A program made the position numbers and the translations under genes. From assembly GCA_012295275.1 (NCBI GenBank), contig CM022677.1, forward strand, positions 23,374,001 to 23,438,000: a stretch of 64,000 nt of DNA, written 5' to 3'. Positions within the stretch are counted from its first letter, which is position 1; every line of letters begins with the position of its first letter. The notes below the pieces were generated by a model. The model was not told the DNA's origin. It searched no databases and saw nothing but the letters and a program-made list of their open reading frames with translations. Shown one piece after another: positions 39,263 through 54,665 of this stretch. The DNA comes from Chrysomallon squamiferum (Eukaryota > Animalia > Mollusca).

Positions 39263-39364
39263 CACATTCTTCATCAACATTACAACACAAGAAAGCTCCT
39301 TGTAGATTAAAACATTGCTGATCTTCTGGTCAGTTATGTGTTCCAACAAAACATTCATCAATGT
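39263..39364 (-). pseudogene. Calcium-binding EGF-like exon (decayed), copy B
   Basis: DIDECFVGTHN*PEDQQCFNLQGAFLCCNVDEEC; Cys2 TGC>TGA at 39330-39332. Confidence 0.75.
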
Positions 39365-40259
39365 CTGAAAACATAAAATTAACTTTTACAAATATTTGTT
39401 AAAAACAGTACCCACTAGAATTACCAGCAAGTAAATCAAGATTTTTATTTAAAGAGAAACAGTTATCTTTCTAAATCTAGATTTACAAATAATTGGATAA
39501 ATAAAAATGTGAGCATTCTACAATACAAGATTTACAAATATTTAGATAAGTAAGAAAGAAACTACCCTTTTTCTACTACACTTTAATGCAGAAAGTGAGA
39601 TCTCTCTAAATGAAGATTCAAACTTTATTAAAATGTAATAGGGTATTGTTATTATTATTATTATTATTATCATCATTATTATTATTTTGTTTTAAATATT
39701 GTTTATATACTAATCTTTATTATTCAAAAACAAATCATAAAATAGATTTAAAAATATTTAATATTTTTCTCTATGTTATGTGAATATATAGGGATGTAAC
39801 AATAATATACTTTTCGTATAGCCTTTTAATTTTTATGATATTTAAATATAAATAAATAAATAAATAAATAAATATATATGTGTGTGTGTGTTTATTAAGG
39901 TAACTTAAAATAGCATGGAACAATGAAAATAAGAAACTATTGTTTGCATACATAACAGTGTATGTTTTAGAAGTTAAATGCTTTTGTTTTAAAGAAAGAA
40001 AGAGAAAAATTAATTTTTAATTAATTTTTTTATACGATGGGTTCACGGGCCTTTAATTCTTTTTTTCATTTTTCTGTCGTAAATTATAATGAATGTGTCA
40101 AGTCAATGATTGAAATAAAATGTGCTCTATTTGCTTTTTACATGTAAATAGCATCTCTAATACACTGAAAATGGAAATAAATATCTGAGAACTGTCCCCT
40201 GTGGAGTTTAGGATAGTAACGTGTCCACATTATGGTATTTAATGAGAATAGTCATCTTC

Positions 40260-40419
40260 ATATTCACGCGCGAATGTATCTGAAAATTGTTTATTTTATT
40301 TTATTTTATTCTTATTTTTTTTAAAGTTTTTGGCTGGCGACGTCGTAATATCTGAAAAAAAAAAAAAACCAAACAAACAAATATAGTACGAAACCGGTAC
40401 GAGATTGTGTGACGTCAAA

Positions 40420-40472
<53 letters not shown>

Positions 40473-40705
40473 GACCTTTGGAGGAATTTCCGCTGAGTGA
40501 TAGATATCTATGTTTACGAGGCATTGTTTAAGTGGCATATTTCCCCAAATTACTTTTGATAATGCATGTAGTATTGCTTGGATAATGAAGGAATACTGTT
40601 TAAAAGTTTAAACGTTTGTAAACACTGATCGGCGTTCGACGCTGCCATTTTGGATTTGGATTCCGCGAACTATTTTCTGAACTTCTGTGATATAAACTGA
40701 TAAAG
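40260..40705 (+). promoter_or_regulatory. Putative promoter and non-coding first exon of gene 3
   Basis: CRE TGACGTCA at 40410-40417, GCCATTTTG at 40644 and donor AAG|GTAAGT at 40706. Confidence 0.5.
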
Positions 40706-41032
40706 GTAAGTATGGTTGTTCATATTACCAAAACACGATGTCTACCGCGTTTATTTTTTTCATCTTAATCAAACTTTTCAAACTGGATTATTTTTGTTCA
40801 AATGCGTTCATAATGAACTAAAATTAATGTATTAAGTTTTCTAATGACAATATTCCCCATGTCAGAACCCAATATTAAATTCTGGAAGCTTTTTTCCTGG
40901 TGACATAATTTGTGCCGTTATGAGCTATCGTTCCTGTTCGTCATGCTACTTATAATAATGCAATTTTTTTTTCAAAATTATTAACATGGAGTTATCTGCG
41001 ATTTTACGTTATGATGTAAAATGCGAATAATG

Positions 41033-41081
<49 letters not shown>

Positions 41082-42321
41082 TAAACAAATAAATAAATAA
41101 AACATTGATAGTTAAAAAGAAATCATACACTTTTAAACCTTTTATTTATTATATTACTTTTTTAACTTTCAGAACGAATTGCAAAAAATTTAATCCGCAT
41201 TTTGTGCCTTACTATTCAACCAGTGACAGCAGACGAAACTGAACTCATTAACTGGCTTAATAAAATGTTACAGAAAAAACGAAAAAACAAATCAAATGAA
41301 AACATTAAAAAGTATTTTAAACTAATTTTGTTTTCTTATCTGTTAAAGATTAATCGGATTCAGGTAAATTTTAACTGTTTAAAATCCTTAAATAATAAAT
41401 TTGTCATATATGATGCTTGATCAAAATACAAACACACACCAAACATAGCAGCGCCCGTCAAACGTCATTAATTTGTAAGTATCAGTCAACAGGAAATATT
41501 ATTTAAATTGAACTCTTCCACTGATAAAATCAACAACAAAAAAACAAAGAAACAAAAGCATTAAGTATCTGCATCAAAACCTCTCGATTAAACGTACTTC
41601 TAAACGTTGATATTTACGACCATTTTACGGCCATTACTTAAGTTCTATTTTAAATTTCAAATAAAAATAAGGATGCACATTTCATAGTAACAGATCTGAA
41701 TTCTTTGATTTATCTTTTCACTTCTTTTAAAAAGATTACATATTAAAAAAAAAAAAAACACAAAAAACCCCACAGAACATTAAAACATACATTGATTACA
41801 TCAAATTATATATTTTTTAAATATATATATGAATTTGATACCTTTACAGAAAAATCATTATTTTAATTAATTATAGATATCTCTACTTTATATTTATTGA
41901 CAGATATTTAAATATTAAGGATTATGCTGTAAATTCAGGATAGTACCGGTTTCGAGGGGATTGAGGCCAGATTATCACATCTACTTTGTTGCAGGTGCTT
42001 TTGGTACCCTTAGTTTGAACAACGGAAATACGGGTGGCTTATCAAAAGCATTATTACATAGAAAGTGTATAAAAAAGATAACGTACTGGTAATCGTGTAT
42101 TTGTTAAATTTTAAAGCAGATTAGTTTACCTAAACTAATAATATCAGTAACCATAACTATTTGTAAATATTTATTATTTACATTTATATTGATCATAATA
42201 TTCACAGAAAAAGAAAAGAAAACAACAACAACAATAAATAAATAATTTAAAAAGAAAAGAAATAGAAATATTGTAATGTTGATATTTCATCATTCCATTA
42301 TTTTGCAGACAAAGAAAGCAG

Positions 42322-42376
42322 ATGAGCTTTGTTACTATAATATGTTTTCTTGTCTGTGGATTCCACATCTTTAAAG
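42322..42376 (+). CDS. Signal-peptide exon, gene 3
   Basis: MSFVTIICFLVCGFHIFK|gtaatt. Confidence 0.85.
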
Positions 42377-44330
42377 GTAATTTATTAACTCTTTTTACAG
42401 TTACTATTACATTTCATAATCTAGTAAATAAATATTTAAATTCTAAAAAATAAAATAATAATAAATAAATAAAGAAAAGATCTGATAATAATAATAATTT
42501 ATTGTTACCATAATTGATAATATCAAAAATTGCCTCTTTAAACCATAATGAACTTGCTTTTAAATATATATATATATATATAAAATAAAGAAAACAATTA
42601 TGTATCCAAAGTCTTTGGATTATTTGACAATATTATGGCATTAAAACACAGACTTCCCAGTTGAAGACACTGATGTCACAGTGACTGAATCAATAACACT
42701 GACTTGAGAATAGAAGCCGATGTCACAATCACTGAATTTAAAATATTGTTTAAGTTTTCATTAGTTATTTAAATCTCAAAGCAGCAGCAATAACAACAGG
42801 AAGAAATGGAACAATAAAAGTAAAAGTATTTTGTTACATTAATACACTTTTAAGAGTAATAATAATTTTAAAATTAATAATTAAATAATATTGACATTTA
42901 ATCTTTAAGTGGACATAATATTGCTTCTAGGTTGGTTCTTTTGATTACGATAATCATTTATTGTTTTAATTATACCACCACAAGTACTAGTAATTACTAT
43001 CTTCTAATCGATTAGAAATATTTTCTTTCGCTTTATACTTATTTGAATATAACAAGTGATTTTTTTATTAGTTGATTGCTCATGGACTGAATGGGTGCTA
43101 GAATCAGAAACATGTAGTGTTACCTGTGGTAATGGCATTCAGAGAACTATCTACAGAAGAGGATGCTCCAGTCCTGGGTCAGAAGACTGTCAAGGAAATG
43201 AAACAAAAACAGTAACCTCTGCATGTGTTTACAGAAACTGTTCAAGTAATTAAATTTGTTTCTAATGTTTGCTTCTTCCTCTTCAGTCATATTTTTTTTT
43301 TGTTCAGTCAAGAAAGAGAGAAAAGAAAGAGAGGAAGAAAATGAGAGAGAGAAAAAAAAAAACTATGTATCAATATATGTCTATTTGCACACACACACAC
43401 ACACACAAGTGTATATCCATTTGGATATTCTACAGTTGTATAATTTTATATGTGTTTTTTATTCATTCACATTATATGAAAGGCCGTTGTCGTTCCTGGA
43501 AGATGGAGGGTGTTCTTTGTTTGTATAAGTTTAGAGAAAACTTATGTGATTCAAACATTTATTTCAGAACAATAGTTTCATAAATTACCGTAAATTGTTT
43601 AGACCTATGCTGTGTTAATAGTTTCAGGTTAAACAAATTATTCTGTCTATGTATGCAGTATATGTATTCAGATATATGTCTATTAAAAAATGACTAAACC
43701 CCCGTCTGCAAACAGAGAAATTCATTTTTGTGATTGGTTGGTTTAATTTAAAACTGAAATTAATTTTTAGCATTTTGGGAATGACTGCAGACAACTTAAT
43801 TACCTGCCAGAGCATTCAACAAAAAAAATTTCAATTTCACATATGTTGGTATATTTGTACAAATGACTCTTCGAAGCATATTTTTAAATCTTACTTCAAA
43901 CGTTAATGATAAGCAACACGCTACCTTTCACTTAAAAGCTGAAATATGAATATTTGTTGTCTGTGTCACCAAAAACAGATTTTGGCCACTGAATTTATTT
44001 CAAAATGAACATTTAGTGGCCCGAATGTATTTTTGTGGACACTAAACCTTTCATATGATTTTCGAGCCCTGGCTAACTAAGACAGTTTCATATATTTGGG
44101 GGAACCAGTATTCGGGGGAACAAACATTTATTAACATGGGCTAAGGCAGGGCTTAGGGAATGCAGCGCATGTGTCCTGCGAGAAAAGTTTAGAAAGTAAA
44201 ATGATGATGATGATGTATTTTTGTATGTGCGTGTCTAATTTGTTTAGTTTTGAGGATGACCAAATAACTTTTGTAATTTTGACATTTACTTATTTCTTAT
44301 ATATATTAACATGTGCTGTTTAAATGGACT

Positions 44331-44370
<40 letters not shown>

Positions 44371-44371
44371 G

Positions 44372-44421
<50 letters not shown>

Positions 44422-47400
44422 ATATATGCACCAGTCCATTTATACAGCACCTATGTAATATTTCATATTTCAGTCTCTTTTCTATGATATATTGAGCCAA
44501 AAGTATAATAAATTGTGAAAAAGTAAGTGAAGCAGCTGTCACACCACACGACACAAAAAATTACGACAAAACCTTCTAGATAAATGAAATGCAGATACAT
44601 GGTCTGGTATATATGTAGATACCAAAATATGAATCAATGATTTTCTTCTAGATCCTTTTTCTTATTCAGTGATTCATCATTCTTTATATCTTTTAGTAGT
44701 TGCAGATACAGAAGTGATAGTACTTATAATTAAGATATAATGCTGTTTGAAGGTTATCAGTAATAAAAATGATAACATGATTAACTACTTTGTTACTTTT
44801 AATCAATTAGATGGAGGTTGGAGTTCCTGGACCAGAGATGAAAAAACATGTTCAGTGACATGTGGGCCTGGTACACGTATTGTTGTAAAAACTAGGCAGT
44901 GTAATAACACAGAAGGAAGAAACTGTGAAGGCGGTACAACACAAAATATTACAGAGTCATGTGAGACAGTTGCATGTCCTAGTAAGAAAGTAAATTTAAT
45001 AAAGTTTAGTTGTGTCTGCATTGAATACTTTTTTTAACAGTACTTATTGTTATGTCTTACGTCAGTAATTACACACATGCACTCTACTCACTGACTCTAT
45101 CTCTATCCCTAGATTGCATTTGCATTTAAAAAAAGTAATTTTATATTATGAAAGTCAGCATAGTGAAGTAAGGATTTCTTAGTATGAGAAAATGTATGGC
45201 TCTACTTAGATTACTGCAGAGATAATGAAAATGATTTTTTTGATTAATTATTACCCAACATTAAATTAAGTTGATGGAGGTTGGAGTTCTTGGATACAAA
45301 CTGAGGGTGAATGTTCAGTGACTTGTGGACTTGGTAATAAAAACATGGAAAGGGTCAAGAAATGTAATAACCCAGCACCACAAAATGGAGGAAAACCTTG
45401 TCCACCAACAAAAGGAGACTATGTTGGATGGAATATCCAATGCAGGGAAGGGCCGTGTCCAAGTAAGAAACAAATACATTTGTAAACATTTGTGACGTTG
45501 TTATGTCTGCTTTGGTGATGAATATAGTGCTGTTTCTAAATACTGTTTTAAATTATCTATAGTGATCAGACATAGATATAAAACAGAGTTTGATATATAT
45601 ATATATAAATGATTTATAAAAAGTCATAGGGTTAGTTTTTTCACTGTTTAAATTAACAATAGTAAATAAATAATTGTTGAAAAACGGTGCAAATTCACTA
45701 TATGTAGATTTATAAATACTAAAACAAAAGAGTTTAATTCCATTTTTAAGTTGATGGTGGATGGACATCTTGGGAAGTAGGTCACACTGTATGTAGTGTT
45801 ACCTGTGGAAAGGGTATTCAGCAAACTGTATATGAAAGACAATGTACAAATCCTGAACCACAACATGGAGGAAATGATTGTCCTGGAGAATCTATGAAGA
45901 CTACTAATGTATCTTCCAGCTGTTGGAAAGGACACTGTCCAGGTAATAAACAAATATTTCTTTAATAAAATCACGTAATATTTAATTGCAATTTATTTTC
46001 ATTAAACTTATCTTATTATTTTCTATGGATTATTTAATTAACGCGTGAACATTCCATCAAGAATTATGAAATATGAGTGAACAAAATAAATTGAAATGTA
46101 CAACTTTTATAACGTTTAGTATGCATTTAACTATTTGTGATTTTCCATAGAATCCAAAAATCTATGAGCGTTCGTGATTATTTGCATATGTTATTAGGAA
46201 ATAATTAAGAATTAAATAATTACAATTGTTTCTGCAGAACAGTTAAGGTCTCTAACATTAAGTAGAAAAAAGATTTGAAAGATATTTGACCATCTAATTA
46301 TAGTATATATAAAAATATATGTTAGTTACTTATAACAGCTAGAATGTGTGTATGTTATGGATCATCATTCTACTTAAACCGTCAGTCATATTTATATACA
46401 AAGAAAATCAGTGAAACATAGCTGATGTAATACTAAGTTATATTATAGATGAGTCTACTATTTACAGATACATTAAACTCTTAAATGTCACATACAAAAT
46501 ATACATAAAATAGAGGATTCCTTAACCAGATATGTTTACATGAAAAAAAAGAAAAAAGAAAAAAAAGAAAGAAATGAATGATGATTGTACTCTGTGGCCA
46601 GGCTAAACTTAGAATTTATGCAGTTGTGTGAGAATGTTACCAAAAATAACACAACCCAAAAGCCAGTAATAATAATAATAAAAATAATAATATTAATAAT
46701 AATAATAAGAAGAAGAACTAGACAAACATAAGAAAATAAAATTGAATAAAAGTTTAACAAGATTTGTTCATTTAAGCTGCTATGAAATAAAGTCATTACT
46801 TTTTAGGTTCTCACCACATATAAATATATCCTGATATACTTATTTAAGTAAACCATTTAAGGAACTCTTTTGCACCAATAGGAGCAGTGTTGAAAGGAAC
46901 ATCCCCTGCAGGGAAGGTCCATGTCCTAGTAAGAAATAAACACATTTGTAAACATTTGTGATGTTGTTGTCTCTGCTTTGGTGCTGTAAAGTAAGTGTAA
47001 AGAAGGACAAGTGACACAACTCTTACAGTATCATGCTGTCCATAAATTACTCATTGTGTCTCTGGTGCATGTCTGCTGCATGTTTCATTATTATTGTTAT
47101 TATTATTATTGTTGTTGTTGTTGTTGTTGTTATTATTATTACATTTTCAGTAATATGGACTTCATGGCAAACTGGATTCAATGGTGAATGTGTACATGCA
47201 TGTCAAAGGGATGTCTATGACATCAGGAACTGTAGTGGGGAAAACCAGTATTGCTATGGGTTTTTTGTTAAATCTCATGTGGGACAGTGCAAAGAAGATG
47301 CATGTGAAATGGGTAAGTTAAATAATAATAAATAAATAAGTAAATAAATAAGTAAATAAATAAATAAATAAATAAATAAAATATAATAAAGTAATAATTA

Positions 47401-50400
47401 AAAGAAAAAAGAAAAAAAAAATGCTAAACACAATGATGCACAGCAGATCAGATACTAAAAACTCATCTAGTTGAATGTAAGTAGCCATGGAGAATTCTGA
47501 GCAAACTTGAGCAATTTGTAGCTGCAGTTCTGAGAGTTAATGAATTTACATTACCAGTTATGTAAACAAGCAAGAAGTATTAATATTGTTATTTGGGTTA
47601 GTTAATTAATAACAGCCATTTTGAATACATTGTAAGTTGAAATAAAGGAAGACTAAAATATGTTGTTATTAGTGTTTATACATTTATTGGTATTAAAACA
47701 TAAGTTTGGATGCTTTTTTTGTGACTCTTCTTCTTGAATTGTAATTTTTTTAATTGCCACATTTACATTATATTAATTAATTTTGAAGTTCATGGTGGAT
47801 GGGGTTACTGGGAAATTATAAGTTCAGATCACTGTTCTGTCACTTGTGGATATGGATATAGATATGTTGATATTAGAAGACAATGCAATGATCCTGCACC
47901 TGTAGGACAAGGATTGAAATGTCAAGGAATAAAGACTCGAGGATATAGACGAGCTTGTTTCGTGAATGTTTCATGTGGTAATATTATTATTATTTATAAA
48001 ATTTCAGATTATTTTTATCTAGAATTTTTAAGAAACAGATGAAGAAGAAAGAAAAAAGAAAAAGAAAGAATAGGAAGTAAAAATAAGGTTCATTTTCTAT
48101 AGTAATATTTCATTATAATTGAAAACATATAATCTTCAGAAAAACAAAAACAAAAAGTAACAACTAAAGTATCATACACCTTGTGTAAGAAACACTTTCA
48201 TTTTAAACTGTAGGCAAAATCAAATATTTAAAAAAACCAATTGTTCTACAGAAATCTAGCTCTCCATGTATTGAAATTCATTTAGACCTGCTTTTCCTCT
48301 GATCACATTTGTGAAACAGCAGCTCTTTTCTTTAAACCTTGTATCTGTTTATATGAAAATGAAAAATCATTGTGTTAGTAATTTAAGTGGCATGAATTAT
48401 TACAAGTTGAAATAAAACAAGCTCTTGAAAATGTATAAAATATTTTTTTGGATATTAATACAGTTAAAGCTATGTATGAAGAAGAAAATAAATATGAACA
48501 TGAAAACTTTACCTTCAGAGCATGGCAATGGGTCACTGGACGGTTGGTGGTCTCCATGGAGACAAACTGACTTAATACCGTGTGGTGCAACTTGTGGAAC
48601 TGGAACTCATGCAGTTCCTTATGCAAGAACATGTACTAGACCTGCACCTATAAATGGTGGAAGGAATTGTCAAGGGATAAGTAACAAAACTGTCATGCAG
48701 AAATGCTTCCGAAGAGAGTGTATTGGTCAGTACTGCAATTTTTGTGTTGATGTTTGTCTGGTTTGACATTTTGAATGTTAATTTAGTAAATATTTTTGAT
48801 CCTATGTTGGTAGGTAAAAGTCTTAATGCTGATTTTAATGATCATATTTTATAAAGTATCTGATCAACAAATCAATTTACGTATGTATCTGTGTCTTGTG
48901 ATAAAACTGTTAATAAAACAGTAAGACAATAATATATTGCTAGCTCTCAATTTCACAAACACAGCCATTTTACCACGTCAGAGCAGCAACTGTAACAGCA
49001 TCATCTGGATTGTGAATTAATTTTCTATGTACCATCCTTGTATTCATCTGAATCACTGCCTTCACTTTCCTTTTTATAAATCTCTGGAAATGGTCATAGC
49101 AAACAATCCAGCTCATTTGAAATTTGAAATTTGTCCATTCAGTATGTGATAAAAATAAGGTTCATTTTCTATAGTAATATTTCATTATAATTGAAAACAT
49201 ATAATCTTCAGAAAAACAAAAACAAAAAGTAACAACTAAAGTATCATACACCTTGTGTAAGAAACACTTTCATTTTAAACTGTAGGCAAAATCAAATATT
49301 TAAAAAAAACAATTGTTCTACAGAAATCTAGCTCTCCATGTATTGAAATTCATTTAGACCTGCTTTTCCTCTTATCACATTTGTGAAACAGCAGCTCTTT
49401 TCTTTAAACCTTGTATCTGTTTATATGAAAATGAAAAATCATTGTGTTAGTAATTTAAGTGGCATGAATTATTACAAGTTGAAATAAAACAAGCTCTTGA
49501 AAATGTATAAAATATTTTTTTGGATATTAATACAGTTAAAGCTATGTATGAAGAAGAAAATAAATATGAACATGAAAACTTTACCTTCAGAGCATGGCAA
49601 TGGGTCACTGGACGGTTGGTGGTCTCCATGGAGACAAACTGACTTAATACCGTGTGGTGCAACTTGTGGAACTGGAACTCATGCAGTTCCTTATGCAAGA
49701 ACATGTACTAGACCTGCACCTATAAATGGTGGAAGGCATTGTCAAGGGATAAGTAACAAAACTGTCATGCAGAAATGCTTCCAAAGAGAGTGTATTGGTC
49801 AGTATGCAATTTTTGTGTATATGTTTGTCTGGTTTGACATTTTGAATGTTAATTTAGTAAATATTTTTGATCCTATGTTGGTAGGTAAAAGTCTTAATGC
49901 TGATTTTAATGATCATATTTTATAAAGTATCTGATCAACAAATCAATTTACGTATGTATCTGTGTCTTGTGATAAAACTGTTAATAAAACAGTAAGACAA
50001 TAATATATTGCTAGCTCTCAATTTCACAAACACAGCCATTTTACCACGTCAGAGCAGCAACTGTAACAGCATCATCTGGATTGTGAATTAATTTTCTATG
50101 TACCATCCTTGTATTCATCTGAATCACTGCCTTCACTTTCCTTTTTATAAATCTCTGGAAATGGTCATAGCAAACAATCCAGCTCATTTGAAATTTGAAA
50201 TTTGTCCATTCAGTATGTGGTGCCAACTGTTCAAATTTAGGATATAATGTCACAGTGGCAATGCCTAAATTGCTTTTTATCAGCATCTTAACTTATTTAG
50301 AAATGAGGAAAAATCAAGATAATTATATTAATATTCATTTTAATTTACATTAAATTACATTAAATAACTTAACTAAATTTTAATCTCAGATTACACTGCA

Positions 50401-53400
50401 TAACTATTATATCAAAACAAGTAGAAAAGTATGTCATCAAAAGCTGCTGCTAAACAATTATCACTGCAAGACCAAAGTTTCAGTGATTCTCTTCCATAAC
50501 CTCTAGGTAACAGAACAGGAATCTTGGGTTATGCAAGTATCTGCTTGTAGTATTTATGAAAACATGTTTATCTTTGGATCATTCTTCAAGCTTTCCTTTG
50601 TTTCCTAAATATAATTATCTTCCCATGAATGTCAGAGAAAACTGCACCATCAGAAAGCCAAGCCATCTTTGGCAGGTGACAATGTATAAATTTATGTTTC
50701 TATTTCATGTGAAATTTGCCCTAAATTTGGCTGCTAATTTAGTTATCTGAAATATTTGAAGACGATAATTAATTTTTTGTCATTGACTATTTTCCAGATT
50801 GTGTGTGGCTAAACTGAACTATAATTATTTGCTTATATAGGATTTAAAGGCAGATTATTTTCTTATTGTATATTTTTTAGCATTTGTGACTAGTTTATAT
50901 TTTCTCTATTTCATTAATTTAATATGATTATCTATATTTAATAAGTAGAAAAGGTATCCACTGGTAAAAAAAAAGAAGAAGAAACACCTTTTATTTATTT
51001 ATTTATATTTCAAGCTGTATTCATTTACATTCTATATATCTTCTTCTGCAATTTATTAATCATGAACCAGTCTCAGATGGAGCTGGATTATTTTGTTGTT
51101 TCATTTATTTTATTTCATTTTATTTCATTTTATTTATTTATTTATTTGAAGTTTGGCTGATCACAGCTATATACAAAAATAAAAATAATATAAATCAATC
51201 AATATTGCCCTTCAAATAGACAATTTTAATTTGCATATATTCATTTCAAATCAAAGAAATATTTCTCCAGTATTTATAATTTCAGAGATACATTTCTATA
51301 TCAGTGATTATGATAAAATGTCTAGAAATCTATTTTAGTGTGTTCGAGACCATTTAGTCAAATTAAGTTTTTAAAGATAATTTAGGAATTGCTGCTTAAT
51401 AGCAAAAACAGCAGTTCTAGACTAATAAATACGGGTTGAAAAAACAACAGCAGTTTTATACAAAATAAAAAGCAAGTCAAAATATATTTCTAAAGATTCT
51501 TGCTTTTTTTACAATCTAATAAAAACTGCATAGTTTCTTATTAGAAGTATTTTAGATAATATTTATCTGCAAAGTAATTTTATAGGTTCCTATTGACATT
51601 GTAATAAATTTTGTGTCTACACAGAAGATAAAAAGACTCAACAGTGCTGAGTAATGGTAACTTTTATTTCAGTTAATGGTGGATGGGATAGTTGGTTTGT
51701 TCACACTGTTACAAAATGTGACCTGAACTGTCAACAGAAAGTTTTTTACCAAAGAGTATGTACAAAACCTGCACCCAGTCCAAGTGGATCACCTTGTCAA
51801 GGTGACAGTCAGCGTGTTGGCTACAGAGACTGCTGTGAGAGAAGTGTGTAGAATTTCCTATATCATTCTTTTCCTTCTTCTTTTTCATTTTATTTTATTT
51901 ACAATCATTGTTTATCATTTTCGAAATTTCTTTAATACAATCTCAAAAAAAAGTCTTACTGAAATCCACAAACCAAAGAGGAAACATCACTCCATCCCAC
52001 AAAAAAGCAGCCTTATCTAATGAAAATAAACAACCGTTTTTTACATGCAATTATGATTATGATTATGATTATTATTATTATTATTTTTTTCTTAATCAAC
52101 TGTTAGTATTGACTAAATAATTATCGTTAACACGAAGTGGCACTTCCCCATTTTTTTCGAGAAAAAAATAACATGTCTTTGTTGCACATAACTTAAGAAA
52201 TAGCAGATATATGCATGTACCATTCATTATGATTTATTTTCTTTTCAATTCTCATTACTTCCTTTTCCTTCTGACAAATCCAAAATATTAAGAAGATGAA
52301 ACAATTTCTTCTATGATTAAAATATACAAATAATTCATATAACAGTTATTACTTTACATCATTATTGAAACAAATTTATTATGAAAAATGATGTTAAGAC
52401 AATAATTTTGTCTTTCTCTAGCTCACTCTGATCTACCTCTTGAACTGTATTATTTCAGACCCTTGTAACAGAGCACACTGGACAACATGGAGTGCAGATT
52501 TCAGTAGTGTATGTGTGCATGAATGTGAAAGGTATGTCTACAATTCTAGACAGTGTGTCGGGGACAAACGCTATTGTTATGGTGTTTTTATTAAGTCTCG
52601 TTATGAACGGTGCAAACAAGATTCATGTGAAATGGGTAAGTGGTTTGGTAAAAACAAGATTAATATGAAGAAAAACGAAACCCTGTTTTAGTAGGATTTT
52701 AGTGTATTAGTTATAATCTATCCTTCTTTTTACCTTTTTCACATTTTATTATTAATCCTTTTATCACAATCATATCTTCATTCCTTTTGAATTTGCAAAG
52801 ACTGACACAGTATGACCTAGGTAGTTCGCTGTAACTTCTATCTGTGATTCAGAAAATTACTAGCGCTTTCTGTACATATACATAATTGTTGCTGAGTCTA
52901 AGTAAATCAGTAAAGTATTAATTACTGTAAAATATTTTACTCTAGGTGTCTGTTATTAACAATCTATATATCTGTCTGTCTTTTTCTCTATCTGTCTATC
53001 TACGTCTGTGCCTCTCTCTCAATTGACTGTCTCTCTGTCTGTCTGTCTATGTCTATCTATGGCAATCACTGGTTACGAAGGTATCAGCTTTATACTGCAA
53101 AGGTTAGAAATTGCCCAAATCAGTGACGATTTACAAAGGACAGTAGGACATTCGACTTGGGTAGGATAAAGCTGATATAATAAGTAGTTATTTCTTTTTT
53201 CCTACAGTCCTAAATAATACAAGAACTAAATGATATTAACTTGTTTATTTCTCATCTGTTTTGAAAGTGGTAAATTAATTCATTTTTTCTTTAAAAAAGA
53301 AGAAAAATGGCCATATTTAAAAAAAAAAAAAAAATTAGTTATTTTTAAAATAATAACTGTTTTCAATGTTTAATGCGCATTTGTAAATAAAACTACTAAT

Positions 53401-54124
53401 AATAGTTTTAAAATTAGAATTGTTTTTAATTTTCATTAGATAAATTCAGTTATATATATTATACATATATGTACTAGTACTTATAATACAGAAATATTTA
53501 AAACTAGCTGGTGCTGTGTACATGGAACCTGTTTTAATTATTATTTTTGTTTAAGTTATTTTTAATATCTTTAAATTGATGCCTTAGTACTATATATATT
53601 ATTAAATCAACAAATAAATAAATAAATAAATAAATAAATGTTACTGAATTTTTGAAGTTTATGGAGGCTGGGGTAATGGGACATTATTAGACTAGGACAG
53701 TGTACTGTCATATGAGGATATGAAAACAGATGTCTGGATATTAGAAGGAATTACAATAATCCTCTATCTATAAAACAAGGATTCACATGTCAAGGAATAC
53801 AAATTTGCGCATATAAAAAAAACTTTACTCGATGTGGTATCTAGTAATATCGAGTATCCGCACGTTTCTATCCCTTGACATGTGAATCTTTGTCATTATT
53901 ATTATTTATGGTTTTACATTAATTTTGAAGTTCCTGGTGGTTGGAGTCGTTGGGAATATATAAGCCAAAGTCCGTGTAGTGTCACATGTGGATATGGTTA
54001 TAGAAATATTTATCTTCGAAGAGAATGCAATGATCCTGTACCTGCGGGACAAGGATTGACCTGTCAAGGAATTCCGGAACAACGATTTAAACGACGTTGT
54101 TTCAGCAATATTCACTGTGGTAAA

Positions 54125-54157
<33 letters not shown>

Positions 54158-54629
54158 TTTTTAATTTGACAGAATTAGAAAACAGCTTATATCAAACTGA
54201 TCAAATAAAAGAATCTAAAAATGTTTAGATTTTGTATTAAAGACACAAACAAATATATAAATATAAGCCTTTTTAAAATTATATTTGATTTTGACATAGA
54301 AATTCTAAAGCACAGAATAGAGGAAAAGAGGAAAAAGAAAATGCATTAATAATCTAATACGTTGCGACAATCGGAAACACACAAGAATTAAATATATATA
54401 TATATTTAAAAATGTGTGTTTTGCATAAAATAAAAAATAGAGTTAAGACTTTGATATGACATGACATTTTTCTTTTTAAAATACAAAAAATGAAAAAAAA
54501 AAGAGAAACAAATTAAAAAAAACAAAAACAAAAACAACGACAACAATAACAAAAAAAAAAAAAAAAAAAACAAAAAAAATGAAGTCAAAAAATTTTTTTT
54601 TTTTTTAAAGTAAGTGAGAATTTTTTTTA

Positions 54630-54665
<36 letters not shown>

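Larger units (their letters stand above)
31100..43250 (+). repeat. Segmental duplication, copy B (gene 2 3' end + intergenic + gene 3 5' end)
   Basis: Colinear partner of 8860-20960. Confidence 0.92.
48078..50219 (+). repeat. Near-perfect ~1.07-kb tandem duplication (48078-49149 / 49150-50219)
   Basis: Offset of 1072 between the two L exons; flanks are near-identical. Confidence 0.92.

Noticed and set aside
43700-44075. hAT-like terminus (..TTCGAGCCCTG) in the gene 3 intron
   Set aside because: Only one candidate end is visible, with no matching TIR or TSD.
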